Positions 26,801 through 40,810 are shown, counted from the stretch's first letter. The stretch is 64,000 nucleotides of DNA from Eledone cirrhosa (GCA_964016885.1 OZ024741.1:25792001-25856000); one strand, 5' to 3'. A program made the numbers and translations. Notes: generated by a model not told the origin, from the letters alone.

Positions 26801-29800
26801 GTAAGTGTAGAGGGGTGTAAGTGTTGTTGGTCTATATAGAACTGTAAGTGTAGAGGGGTGTAAGTGTTGTTGGTCTATATAGAACTGTAAGTGTAGAGGG
26901 GTGTAAGTGTTGTTGGTCTATATAGAACTGTAAGTGTAGAGGGGTGTAAGTGTTGTTGGTCTATATAGAACTGTAAGTGTAGAGGGGTGTAAGTGTTGTT
27001 GGTCTATATAGAACTGTAAGTGTAGAGGGGTGTAAGTGTTGTTGGTCTATATAGAACTGTAAGTGTAGAGGGGTGTAAGTGTTGTTGGTCTATATAGAGC
27101 TGTAAGTGTAGAGGGGTGTAAGTGTTGTTGGTCTATATAGAACTGTAAGTGTAGAGGGGTGTAAGTGTTGTTGGTCTATATAGAACTGTAAGTGTAGAGG
27201 GGTGTAAGTGTTGTTGGTCTATATAGAGCTGTAAGTGTAGAGGGGTGTAAGTGTTGTTGGTCTATATAGAACTGTAAGTGTAGAGGGGTGTAAGTGTTGT
27301 TGGTCTATATAGAACTGTAAGTGTAGAGGGGTGTAAGTGTTGTTGGTCTATATAGAGCTGTAAGTGTAGAGGGGGTGTAAGTGTTGTTGGTCTATATAGA
27401 ACTGTAAGTGTAGAGGGGTGTAAGTGTTGTTGGTCTATATAGAGCTGTAAGTGTAGAGGGGTGTAAGTGTTGTTGGTCTATATAGAACTGTAAGTGTAGA
27501 GGGGTGTAAGTGTTGTTGGTCTATATAGAACTGTAAGTGTAGAGGGGTGTAAGTGTTGTTGGTCTATATAGAGCTGTAAGTGTAGAGGGGTGTAAGTGTT
27601 GTTGGTCTATATAGAACTGTAAGTGTAGAGGGGTGTAAGTGTTGTTGGTCTATATAGAGCTGTAAGTGTAGAGGGGTGTAAGTGTTGATTGGGTCTATAT
27701 AGAACTGTAAGTGTAGAGGGGTGTAAGTGTTGTTGGTCTATATAGAGCTGTAAGTGTAGAGGGGTGTAAGTGTTGTTGGTCTATATAGAACTGTAAGTGT
27801 AGAGGGGTGTAAGTGTTGTTGGTCTATATAGAGCTGTAAGTGTAGAGGGGTGTAAGTGTTGTTGGTCTATATAGAACTGTAAGTGTAGAGGGGTGTAAGT
27901 GTTGTTGGTCTATATAGAACTGTAAGTGTAGAGGGGTGTAAGTGTTGTTGGTCTATATAGAGCTGTAAGTGTAGAGGGGTGTAAGTGTTGTTGGTCTATA
28001 TAGAACTGTAAGTGTAGAGGGGTGTAAGTGTTGTTGGTCTATATAGAACTGTAAGTGTAGAGGGGTGTAAGTGTTGTTGGTCTATATAGAAGCTGTAAGT
28101 GTAGAGGGGTGTAAGTGTTGTTGGTCTATATAGAACTGTAAGTGTAGAGGGGTGTAAGTGTTGTTGGTCTATATAGAGCTGTAAGTGTAGAGGGGTGTAA
28201 GTGTTGTTGGTCTATATAGAACTGTAAGTGTAGAGGGGTGTAAGTGTTGTTGGTCTATATAGAACTGTAAGTGTAGAGGGGTGTAAGTGTTGTTGGTCTA
28301 TATAGAACTGTAAGTGTAGAGGGGTGTAAGTGTTGTTGGTCTATATAGAGCTGTAAGTGTAGAGGGGTGTAAATGTTGTTGGTCTATATAGAACTGTAAG
28401 TGTAGAGGGGTGTAAGTGTTGTTGGTCTATATAGAACTGTAAGTGTAGAGGGGTGTAAGTGTTGTTGGTCTATATAGAACTGTAAGTGTAGAGGGGTGTA
28501 AGTGTTGTTGGTCTATATAGAACTGTAAGTGTAGAGGGGTGTAAGTGTTGTTGGTCTATATAGAACTGTAAGTGTAGAGGGGTGTAAGTGTTGTTGGTCT
28601 ATATAGAAGCTGTAAGTGTAGAGGGGTGTAAGTGTTGTTGGTCTATATAGAACTGTAAGTGTAGAGGGGTGTAAGTGTTGTTGGTCTATATAGAGCTGTA
28701 AGTGTAGAGGGGTGTAAGTGTTGTTGGTCTATATAGAGCTGTAAGTGTAGAGGGGTGTAAGTGTTGTTGGTCTATATAGAACTGTAAGTGTAGAGGGGTG
28801 TAAGTGTTGTTGGTCTATATAGAACTGTAAGTGTAGAGGGGTGTAAGGTGTTGTTGGTCTATATAGAGCTGTAAGTGTAGAGGGGTGTAAGTGTTGTTGG
28901 GTCTATATAGAGCTGTAAGTGTAGAGGGGGTGTAAGTGTTGTTGGTCTATATAGAAGCTGTAAGTGTAGAGGGGTGTAAGTGTTGTTGGTCTATATAGAA
29001 CTGTAAGTGTAGAGGGGTGTAAGTGTTGTTGGTCTATATAGAGCTGTAAGTGTAGAGGGGTGTAAATGTTGTTGGTCTATATAGAACTGTAAGTGTAGAG
29101 GGGTGTAAGTGTTGTTGGTCTATATAGAGCTGTAAGTGTAGAGGGGTGTAAGTGTTGTTGGTCTATATAGAACTGTAAGTGTAGAGGGGTGTAAGTGTTG
29201 TTGGTCTATATAGAACTGTAAGTGTAGAGGGGTGTAAGTGTTGTTGGTCTATATAGAGCTGTAAGTGTAGAGGGGTGTAAGTGTTGTTGGTCTATATAGA
29301 ACTGTAAGTGTAGAGGGGTGTAAGTGTTGTTGGTCTATATAGAACTGTAAGTGTAGAGGGGTGTAAGTGTTGTTGGTCTATATAGAACTGTAAGTGTAGA
29401 GGGGTGTAAGTGTTGTTGGTCTATATAGAACTGTAAGTGTAGAGGGGTGTAAGTGTTGTTGGTCTATATAGAACTGTAAGTGTAGAGGGGTGTAAGTGTT
29501 GTTGGTCTATATAGAACTGTAAGTGTAGAGGGGTGTAAGAGTGTTGTTGGTCTATATAGAAGCTGTAAGTGTAGAGGGGTGTAAGTGTTGTTGGTCTATA
29601 TAGAACTGTAAGTGTAGAGGGGTGTAAGTGTTGTTGGTCTATATAGAACTGTTAAGTGTAGAGGGGTGTAAGTGTTGTTGGTCTATATAGAACTGTAAGT
29701 GTAGAGGGGTGTAAGTGTTGTTGGTCTATATAGAAGCTGTAAGTGTAGAGGGGTGTAAGTGTTGTTGGTCTATATAGAACTGTAAGTGTAGAGGGGTGTA

Positions 29801-32800
29801 AGTGTTGTTGGTCTATATAGAACTGTAAGTGTAGAGGGGTGTAAGTGTTGTTGGTCTATATAGAACTGTAAGTGTAGAGGGGTGTAAGTGTTGTTGGTCT
29901 ATATAGAGCTGTAAGTGTAGAGGGGTGTAAGTGTTGTTGGTCTATATAGAACTGTAAGTGTAGAGGGGTGTAAGTGTTGTTGGTCTATATAGAACTGTAA
30001 GTGTAGAGGGGTGTAAGTGTTGTTGGTCTATATAGAACTGTAAGTGTAGAGGGGTGTAAGTGTTGTTGGTCTATATAGAACTGTAAGTGTAGAGGGGTGT
30101 AAGTGTTGTTGGTCTATATAGAACTGTAAGTGTAGAGGGGTGTAAGTGTTGTTGGTCTATATAGAACTGTAAGTGTAGAGGGGTGTAAGTGTTGTTGGTC
30201 TATATAGAACTGTAAGTGTAGAGGGGTGTAAGTGTTGTTGGTCTATATAGAACTGTAAGTGTAGAGGGGTGTAAGTGTTGTTGGTCTATATAGAACTGTA
30301 AGTGTAGAGGGGTGTAAGTGTTGTTGGTCTATATAGAACTGTAAGTGTAGAGGGGTGTAAGTGTTGTTGGTCTATATAGAACTGTAAGTGTAGAGGGGTG
30401 TAAGTGTTGTTGGTCTATATAGAACTGTAAGTGTAGAGGGGTGTAAATGTTGTTGGTCTATATAGAACTGTAAGTGTAGAGGGGGTGTAGAGTGTTGTTG
30501 GTCTATATAGAACTGTAAGTGTAGAGGGGTGTAAGTGTTGTTGGTCTATATAGAACTGTAAGTGTAGAGGGGTGTAAGTGTTGTTGGTCTATATAGAACT
30601 GTAAGTGTAGAGGGGTGTAAGTGTTGTTGGTCTATATAGAACTGTAAGTGTAGAGGGGTGTAAGGTGTTGTTGGTCTATATAGAACTGTAAGTGTAGCAG
30701 GGGTGTAAGGTGTTGTTGGTCTATATNNNNNNNNNNNNNNNNNNNNNNNNNNNNNNNNNNNNNNNNNNNNNNNNNNNNNNNNNNNNNNNNNNNNNNNNNN
30801 NNNNNNNNNNNNNNNNNNNNNNNNNNNNNNNNNNNNNNNNNNNNNNNNNNNNNNNNNNNNNNNNNNNNNNNNNNNNNNNNNNNNNNNNNNNNNNNNNNNN
30901 NNNNNNNNNNNNNNNNNNNNNNNNNNGGTGTAAGTGTTGTTGGTCTATATAGAACTGTAAGTGTAGAGGGTGTAAGTGTTGTTGGTCTATATAGAACTGT
31001 AAGTGTAGAGGGGTGTAAGTGTTGTTGGTCTATATAGAACTGTAAGTGTAGAGGGGTGTAAGTGTTGTTGGTCTATATAGAACTGTAAGTGTAGAGGGGT
31101 GTAAGTGTTGTTGGTCTATATAGAACTGTAAGTGTAGAGGGGTGTAAGTGTTGTTGGTCTATATAGAACTGTAAGTGTAGAGGGGTGTAAGTGTTGTTGG
31201 TCTATATAGAACTGTAAGTGTAGAGGGGTGTAAGTGTTGTTGGTCTATATAGAACTGTAAGTGTAGAGGGGTGTAAGTGTTGTTGGTCTATATAGAACTG
31301 TAAGTGTAGAGGGGTGTAAGTGTTGTTGGTCTATATAGAACTGTAAGTGTAGAGGGGTGTAAGTGTTGTTGGTCTATATAGAAGCTGTAAGTGTAGAGGG
31401 GTGTAAGTGTTGTTGGTCTATATAGAACTGTAAGTGTAGAGGGGTGTAAGTGTTGTTGGTCTATATAGAACTGTAAGTGTAGAGGGGTGTAAGTGTTGTT
31501 GGTCTATATAGAACTGTAAGTGTAGAGGGGTGTAAGTGTTGTTGGTCTATATAGAACTGTAAGTGTAGAGGGGTGTAAGTGTTGTTGGTCTATATAGAAC
31601 TGTAAGTGTAGAGGGGTGTAAGTGTTGTTGGTCTATATAGAACTGTAAGTGTAGAGGGGTGTAAGTGTTGTTGGTCTATATAGAACTGTAAGTGTAGAGG
31701 GGTGTAAGTGTTGTTGGTCTATATAGAACTGTAAGTGTAGAGGGGTGTAAGTGTTGTTGGTCTATATAGAACTGTAAGTGTAGAGGGGTGTAAGTGTTGT
31801 TGGTCTATATAGAACTGTAAGTGTAGAGGGGTGTAAGTGTTGTTGGTCTATATAGAACTGTAAGTGTAGAGGGGTGTAAGTGTTGTTGGTCTATATAGAA
31901 CTGTAAGTGTAGAGGGGTGTAAGTGTTGTTGGTCTATATAGAACTGTAAGTGTAGAGGGGTGTAAGTGTTGTTGGTCTATATAGAAGCTGTAAGTGTAGA
32001 GGGGTGTAAGTGTTGTTGGTCTATATAGAACTGTAAGTGTAGAGGGGTGTAAGTGTTGTTGGTCTATATAGAACTGTAAGTGTAGAGGGGTGTAAGTGTT
32101 GTTGGTCTATATAGAACTGTAAGTGTAGAGGGGTGTAAGTGTTGTTGGTCTATATAGAACTGTAAGTGTAGAGGGGTGTAAGTGTTGTTGGTCTATATAG
32201 AACTGTAAGTGTAGAGGGGTGTAAGTGTTGTTGGTCTATATAGAACTGTAAGTGTAGAGGGGTGTAAGTGTTGTTGGTCTATATAGAACTGTAAGTGTAG
32301 AGGGGTGTAAGTGTTGTTGGTCTATATAGAACTGTAAGTGTAGAGGGGTGTAAGTGTTGTTGGTCTATATAGAACTGTAAGTGTAGAGGGGTGTAAGTGT
32401 TGTTGGTCTATATAGAACTGTAAGTGTAGAGGGGTGTAAGTGTTGTTGGTCTATATAGAGCTGTAAGTGTAGAGGGGTGTAGGTGTTGTTGGTCTATATA
32501 GAACTGTAAGTGTAGAGGGGTGTAAGTGTTGTTGGTCTATATAGAGCTGTAAGTGTAGAGGGGTGTAAGTGTTGTTGGTCTATATAGAACTGTAAGTGTA
32601 GAGGGGTGTAAGTGTTGTTGGTCTATATAGAACTGTAAGTGTAGAGGGGTGTAAGTGTTGTTGGTCTATATAGAACTGTAAGTGTAGAGGGGTGTAAGTG
32701 TTGTTGGTCTATATAGAACTGTAAGTGTAGAGGGGTGTAAGTGTTGTTGGTCTATATAGAACTGTAAGTGTAGAGGGGTGTAAGTGTTGTTGGTCTATAT

Positions 32801-35800
32801 AGAACTGTAAGTGTAGAGGGGTGTAAGTGTTGTTGGTCTATATAGAACTGTAAGTGTAGAGGGGTGTAAGTGTTGTTGGTCTATATAGAACTGTAAGTGT
32901 AGAGGGGTGTAAGTGTTGTTGGTCTATATAGAACTGTAAGTGTAGAGGGGTGTAAGTGTTGTTGGTCTATATAGAACTGTAAGTGTAGAGGGGTGTAAGT
33001 GTTGTTGGTCTATATAGAGCTGTAAGTGTAGAGGGGTGTAAGTGTTGTTGGTCTATATAGAACTGTAAGTGTAGAGGGGTGTAAGTGTTGTTGGTCTATA
33101 TAGAACTGTAAGTGTAGAGGGTGTAAGTGTTGTTGGTCTATATAGAACTGTAAGTGTAGAGGGGTGTAAGTGTTGTTGGTCTATATAGAACTGTAAGTGT
33201 AGAGGGGTGTAAGTGTTGTTGGTCTATATAGAGCTGTAAGTGTAGAGGGGTGTAAGTGTTGTTGGTCTATATAGAACTGTAAGTGTAGAGGGGTGTAAGT
33301 GTTGTTGGTCTATATAGAACTGTAAGTGTAGAGGGGTGTAAGTGTTGTTGGTCTATATAGAAGCTGTAAGTGTAGAGGGGTGTAAGTGTTGTTGGTCTAT
33401 ATAGAACTGTAAGTGTAGAGGGGTGTAAGTGTTGTTGGTCTATATAGAACTGTAAGTGTAGAGGGGTGTAAGTGTTGTTGGTCTATATAGAGCTGTAAGT
33501 GTAGAGGGGTGTAAGTGTTGTTGGTCTATATAGAGCTGTAAGTGTAGAGGGGTGTAAGTGTTGTTGGTCTATATAGAACTGTAAGTGTAGAGGGGTGTAA
33601 GTGTTGTTGGTCTATATAGAACTGTAAGTGTAGAGGGGTGTAAGTGTTGTTGGTCTATATAGAACTGTAAGTGTAGAGGGGTGTAAGTGTTGTTGGTCTA
33701 TATAGAACTGTAAGTGTAGAGGGGTGTAAGTGTTGTTGGTCTATATAGAACTGTAAGTGTAGAGGGGTGTAAGTGTTGTTGGTCTATATAGAAGCTGTAA
33801 GTGTAGAGGGGTGTAAGTGTTGTTGGTCTATATAGAGCTGTAAGTGTAGAGGGGTGTAAGTGTTGTTGGTCTATATAGAACTGTAAGTGTAGAGGGGTGT
33901 AAGTGTTGTTGGTCTATATAGAACTGTAAGTGTAGAGGGGTGTAAGTGTTGTTGGTCTATATAGAACTGTAAGTGTAGAGGGGTGTAAGTGTTGTTGGTC
34001 TATATAGAACTGTAAGTGTAGAGGGGTGTAAGTGTTGTTGGTCTATATAGAGCTGTAAGTGTAGAGGGGTGTAAGTGTTGTTGGTCTATATAGAACTGTA
34101 AGTGTAGAGGGGTGTAAGTGTTGTTGGTCTATATAGAACTGTAAGTGTAGAGGGGTGTAAGTGTTGTTGGTCTATATAGAGCTGTAAGTGTAGAGGGGTG
34201 TAAGTGTTGTTGGTCTATATAGAACTGTAAGTGTAGAGGGGTGTAAGTGTTGTTGGTCTATATAGAACTGTAAGTGTAGAGGGGTGTAAGTGTTGTTGGT
34301 CTATATAGAGCTGTAAGTGTAGAGGGGTGTAAGTGTTGTTGGTCTATATAGAACTGTAAGTGTAGAGGGGTGTAAGTGTTGTTGGTCTATATAGAGCTGT
34401 AAGTGTAGAGGGGTGTAAGTGTTGTTGGTCTATATAGAGCTGTAAGTGTAGAGGGGTGTAAGTGTTGTTGGTCTATATAGAGCTGTAAGTGTAGAGGGGT
34501 GTAAGTGTTGTTGGTCTATATAGAACTGTAAGTGTAGAGGGGTGTAAGTGTTGTTGGTCTATATAGAACTGTAAGTGTAGAGGGGTGTAAGTGTTGTTGG
34601 TCTATATAGAGCTGTAAGTGTAGAGGGGTGTAAGTGTTGTTGGTCTATATAGAACTGTAAGTGTAGAGGGGTGTAAGTGTTGTTGGTCTATATAGAACTG
34701 TAAGTGTAGAGGGGTGTAAGTGTTGTTGGTCTATATAGAGCTGTAAGTGTAGAGGGGTGTAAGTGTTGTTGGTCTATATAGAACTGTAAGTGTAGAGGGG
34801 TGTAAGTGTTGTTGGTCTATATAGAACTGTAAGTGTAGAGGGGTGTAAGTGTTGTTGGTCTATATAGAACTGTAAGTGTAGAGGGGTGTAAGTGTTGTTG
34901 GTCTATATAGAACTGTAAGTGTAGAGGGGTGTAAGTGTTGTTGGTCTATATAGAACTGTAAGTGTAGAGGGGTGTAAATGTTGTTGGTCTATATAGAACT
35001 GTAAGTGTAGAGGGGTGTAAGTGTTGTTGGTCTATATAGAACTGTAAGTGTAGAGGGGTGTAAGTGTTGTTGGTCTATATAGAAGCTGTAAGTGTAGAGG
35101 GGTGTAAGTGTTGTTGGTCTATATAGAACTGTAAGTGTAGAGGGGTGTAAGTGTTGTTGGTCTATATAGAGCTGTAAGTGTAGAGGGGTGTAAGTGTTGT
35201 TGGTCTATATAGAACTGTAAGTGTAGAGGGGTGTAAGTGTTGTTGGTCTATATAGAACTGTAAGTGTAGAGGGGTGTAAGTGTTGTTGGTCTATATAGAA
35301 CTGTAAGTGTAGAGGGGTGTAAGTGTTGTTGGTCTATATAGAACTGTAAGTGTAGAGGGGTGTAAGTGTTGTTGGTCTATATAGAACTGTAAGTGTAGAG
35401 GGGTGTAAGTGTTGTTGGTCTATATAGAACTGTAAGTGTAGAGGGGTGTAAGTGTTGTTGGTCTATATAGAACTGTAAGTGTAGAGGGGTGTAAGTGTTG
35501 TTGGTCTATATAGAACTGTAAGTGTAGAGGGGTGTAAGTGTTGTTGGTCTATATAGAACTGTAAGTGTAGAGGGGTGTAAGTGTTGTTGGTCTATATAGA
35601 ACTGTAAGTGTAGAGGGGTGTAAGTGTTGTTGGTCTATATAGAACTGTAAGTGTAGAGGGGTGTAAGTGTTGTTGGTCTATATAGAACTGTAAGTGTAGA
35701 GGGGTGTAAGTGTTGTTGGTCTATATAGAACTGTAAGTGTAGAGGGGTGTAAGTGTTGTTGGTCTATATAGAACTGTAAGTGTAGAGGGGTGTAAGTGTT

Positions 35801-38800
35801 GTTGGTCTATATAGAACTGTAAGTGTAGAGGGGTGTAAGTGTTGTTGGTCTATATAGAACTGTAAGTGTAGAGGGGTGTAAGTGTTGTTGGTCTATATAG
35901 AACTGTAAGTGTAGAGGGGTGTAAGTGTTGTTGGTCTATATAGAACTGTAAGTGTAGAGGGGTGTAAGTGTTGTTGGTCTATATAGAACTGTAAGTGTAG
36001 AGGGGTGTAAGTGTTGTTGGTCTATATAGAACTGTAAGTGTAGAGGGGTGTAAGTGTTGTTGGTCTATATAGAACTGTAAGTGTAGAGGGGTGTAAATGT
36101 TGTTGGTCTATATAGAACTGTAAGTGTAGAGGGGTGTAAGTGTTGTTGGTCTATATAGAACTGTAAGTGTAGAGGGGTGTAAGTGTTGTTGGTCTATATA
36201 GAACTGTAAGTGTAGAGGGGTGTAAGTGTTGTTGGTCTATATAGAGCTGTAAGTGTAGAGGGGTGTAAATGTTGTTGGTCTATATAGAACTGTAAGTGTA
36301 GAGGGGTGTAAGTGTTGTTGGTCTATATAGAACTGTAAGTGTAGAGGGGTGTAAGTGTTGTTGGTCTATATAGAACTGTAAGTGTAGAGGGGTGTAAGTG
36401 TTGTTGGTCTATATAGAGCTGTAAGTGTAGAGGGGTGTAAGTGTTGTTGGTCTATATAGAACTGTAAGTGTAGAGGGGTGTAAGTGTTGTTGGTCTATAT
36501 AGAACTGTAAGTGTAGAGGGGTGTAAGTGTTGTTGGTCTATATAGAACTGTAAGTGTAGAGGGGTGTAAGTGTTGTTGGTCTATATAGAACTGTAAGTGT
36601 AGAGGGGTGTAAGTGTTGTTGGTCTATATAGAACTGTAAGTGTAGAGGGGTGTAAGTGTTGTTGGTCTATATAGAACTGTAAGTGTAGAGGGGTGTAAGT
36701 GTTGTTGGTCTATATAGAACTGTAAGTGTAGAGGGGTGTAAGTGTTGTTGGTCTATATAGAACTGTAAGTGTAGAGGGGTGTAGGTGTTGTTGGTCTATA
36801 TAGAACTGTAAGTGTAGAGGGGTGTAAGTGTTGTTGGTCTATATAGAACTGTAAGTGTAGAGGGGTGTAAGTGTTGTTGGTCTATATAGAACTGTAAGTG
36901 TAGAGGGGTGTAAGTGTTGTTGGTCTATATAGAACTGTAAGTGTAGAGGGGTGTAAGTGTTGTTGGTCTATATAGAGCTGTAAGTGTAGAGGGGTGTAAG
37001 TGTTGTTGGTCTATATAGAACTGTAAGTGTAGAGGGGTGTAAGTGTTGTTGGTCTATATAGAACTGTAAGTGTAGAGGGGTGTAAGTGTTGTTGGTCTAT
37101 ATAGAACTGTAAGTGTAGAGGGGTGTAAGTGTTGTTGGTCTATATAGAACTGTAAGTGTAGAGGGGTGTAAGTGTTGTTGGTCTATATAGAACTGTAAGT
37201 GTAGAAGGGTGTAGGTGTTGTTGGTCTATATAGAACTGTAAGTGTAGAAGGGTGTAAGTGTTGTTGGTCTATATAGAGCTGTAAGTGTAGAGGGGTGTAA
37301 GTGTTGTTGGTCTATATAGAGCTGTAAGTGTAGAGGGGTGTAAGTGTTGTTGGTCTATATAGAACTGTAAGTGTAGAGGGGTGTAAGTGTTGTTGGTCTA
37401 TATAGAACTGTAAGTGTAGTGGGGTGTAAGTGTTGTTGGTCTATATAGAACTGTAAGTGTAGAGGGGTGTAAGTGTTGTTGGTCTATATAGAGCTGTAAG
37501 TGTAGAGGGGTGTAAGTGTTGTTGGTCTATATAGAACTGTAAGTGTAGAGGGGTGTAAGTGTTGTTGGTCTATATAGAACTGTAAGTGTAGAGGGGTGTA
37601 AGTGTTGTTGGTCTATATAGAACTGTAAGTGTAGAGGGGTGTAAGTGTTGTTGGTCTATATAGAACTGTAAGTGTAGTGGGGTGTAAGTGTTGTTGGTCT
37701 ATATAGAACTGTAAGTGTAGAGGGGTGTAAGTGTTGTTGGTCTATATAGAACTGTAAGTGTAGAGGGGTGTAAGTGTTGTTGGTCTATATAGAACTGTAA
37801 GTGTAGAGGGGTGTAAGTGTTGTTGGTCTATATAGAACTGTAAGTGTAGAGGGGTGTAGGTGTTGTTGGTCTATATAGAACTGTAAGTGTAGAGGGGTGT
37901 AAGTGTTGTTGGTCTATATAGAACTGTAAGTGTAGAGGGGTGTAAGTGTTGTTGGTCTATATAGAACTGTAAGTGTAGAGGGGTGTAGGTGTTGTTGGTC
38001 TATATAGAACTGTAAGTGTAGAGGGGTGTAAGTGTTGTTGGTCTATATAGAACTGTAAGTGTAGAGGGGTGTAAGTGTTGTTGGTCTATATAGAACTGTA
38101 AGTGTAGTGGGGTGTAAGTGTTGTTGGTCTATATAGAACTGTAAGTGTAGAGGGGTGTAGGTGTTGTTGGTCTATATAGAACTGTAAGTGTAGTGGGGTG
38201 TAAGTGTTGTTGGTCTATATAGAACTGTAAGTGTAGAGGGGTGTAAGTGTTGTTGGTCTATATAGAACTGTAAGTGTAGTGGGGTGTAAGTGTTGTTGGT
38301 CTATATAGAACTGTAAGTGTAGAGGGGTGTAAGTGTTGTTGGTCTATATAGAACTGTAAGTGTAGAGGGGTGTAAGTGTTGTTGGTCTATATAGAACTGT
38401 AAGTGTAGTGGGGTGTAAGTGTTGTTGGTCTATATAGAACTGTAAGTGTAGAGGGGTGTAAGTGTTGTTGGTCTATATAGAACTGTAAGTGTAGAGGGGT
38501 GTAGGTGTTGTTGGTCTATATAGAACTGTAAGTGTAGAGGGGTGTAAGTGTTGTTGGTCTATATAGAACTGTAAGTGTAGAGGGGTGTAAGTGTTGTTGG
38601 TCTATATAGAACTGTAAGTGTAGTGGGGTGTAAGTGTTGTTGGTCTATATAGAACTGTAAGTGTAGAGGGGTGTAAGTGTTGTTGGTCTATATAGAACTG
38701 TAAGTGTAGAAGGGTGTAAATGTTGTTGGTCTATATAGAACTGTAAGTGTAGAAGGGTGTAAGTGTTGTTGGTCTATATAGAACTGTAAGTGTAGAGGGG

Positions 38801-39034
38801 TGTAAGTGTTGTTGGTCTATATAGAACTGTAAGTGTAGAGGGGTGTAAGTGTTGTTGGTCTATATAGAACTGTAAGTGTAGTGGGGTGTAAGTGTTGTTG
38901 GTCTATATAGAACTGTAAGTGTAGAGGGGTGTAAGTGTTGTTGGTCTATATAGAACTGTAAGTGTAGTGGGGTGTAAGTGTTGTTGGTCTATATAGAACT
39001 GTAAGTGTAGAGGGGTGTAAGTGTTGTTGGTCTA
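17833..39034. repeat. 43-bp satellite array, ~21 kb, ~490 units, with an assembly gap
   Basis: Unit gaactgtaagtgtagaggggtgtaagtgttgttggtctatata, highly homogeneous. Confidence 0.98.
30727..30926. other. Assembly gap (200 N)
   Basis: Run of N; true array length unknown. Confidence 0.99.
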
Positions 39035-39144
39035 CATTGTCTCTGTTCATTGACAGCAACGTGACCAAGATGTTGACTAGCAATGACAGACAAACAAGTA
39101 TGAGAAAGAGACAAGGGAATCCTGTGAGAAACAATGTAATTGGT

Positions 39145-39176
39145 ATATATATATATATATATAGGTATACACACCA

Positions 39177-39210
<34 letters not shown>

Positions 39211-39221
39211 TATACACACCA

Positions 39222-39255
<34 letters not shown>

Positions 39256-39266
39256 TATACACACCA

Positions 39267-39302
<36 letters not shown>

Positions 39303-39313
39303 TATACACACCA

Positions 39314-39359
<46 letters not shown>

Positions 39360-39370
39360 TATACACACCA

Positions 39371-39423
<53 letters not shown>

Positions 39424-39445
39424 AGGTATAAACACCACCTATATT
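39145..39445. repeat. Compound repeat aggtatacacaccacct+(AT)n, ~6 copies
   Basis: Seen directly. Confidence 0.85.
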
Positions 39446-39485
39446 TATATTTAAAATGTTTGTATATGTATATATAAAATGTGTA

Positions 39486-39578
<93 letters not shown>

Positions 39579-39580
39579 GG

Positions 39581-39758
39581 GGAGAAAGTATGACCCCGAC
39601 GGCAGGGCTCAAGCCGTTTCGAGGCCAGAAATAGCCCTCGAAACTGCTTGAGCTCTGCCGTCGGGGTCATACTTTCTCCTATTACCCACTCTACTACCCT
39701 AAGTATTGAGTACTCTGGTGTGTTATGGTCCATCTGGTTCCTTACCACAACTCCTCCG

Positions 39759-39760
<2 letters not shown>
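39581..39760 (+). mobile_element. Short fold-back element in (TA)n, copy 2
   Basis: 44-bp inverted arms (39581-39624 / 39636-39679, 2 mismatches) plus tail homologous to 13556-13635. Confidence 0.75.
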
Positions 39761-39804
<44 letters not shown>

Positions 39805-39855
39805 GTATATATATATACATATATACACACCAATCACATTGTTTCTCACAACATA

Positions 39856-39908
<53 letters not shown>

Positions 39909-40198
39909 ATACATGTGTGTGTATGTGTGTGTATGTGTGTATATATGTGTGTATATATGTGTGAATATATACACGTGTGTATATACACGTGTGTATATAC
40001 ACGTGTGTATATATACGTGTATATATATAATTCATACATAAGAAACATATTTACATTGACTGCTGCTGACATTTTTTAACTTCTTTTCTAAAGTTACTAA
40101 TCCAGTTTCAACATTGGACATTTCTACTCACATAACACACTGTATGTAAATACTGTCTTCACACGCAATATACTACAACCATTGTACAGTTTATATAG

Positions 40199-40199
<1 letters not shown>

Positions 40200-40236
<37 letters not shown>

Positions 40237-40251
40237 GTGTATATATATATA

Positions 40252-40292
<41 letters not shown>

Positions 40293-40311
40293 ATATATAT
40301 ATATATATGTG

Positions 40312-40347
<36 letters not shown>

Positions 40348-40409
40348 TGTATATATATAAATATATGTATATATATATATATATGTATATATGTATATAT
40401 ATATATTCT

Positions 40410-40446
<37 letters not shown>

Positions 40447-40473
40447 GTATATATGTATATATATGTATATATG

Positions 40474-40572
<99 letters not shown>

Positions 40573-40741
40573 ATATATATGTATGTATATATATATGTAT
40601 GTATATATATATGTATGTATATATATATGTATGTATATATATATGTATGTATATATATATGTATGTATATATATATGTATGTATATATATATGTATGTAT
40701 ATATATATGTATGTATATATATATGTATGTATATATATATG

Positions 40742-40810
<69 letters not shown>

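Noticed and set aside
17833-39034. CRISPR-like or telomeric array
   Set aside because: No unique spacers, eukaryotic context, no telomere motif.
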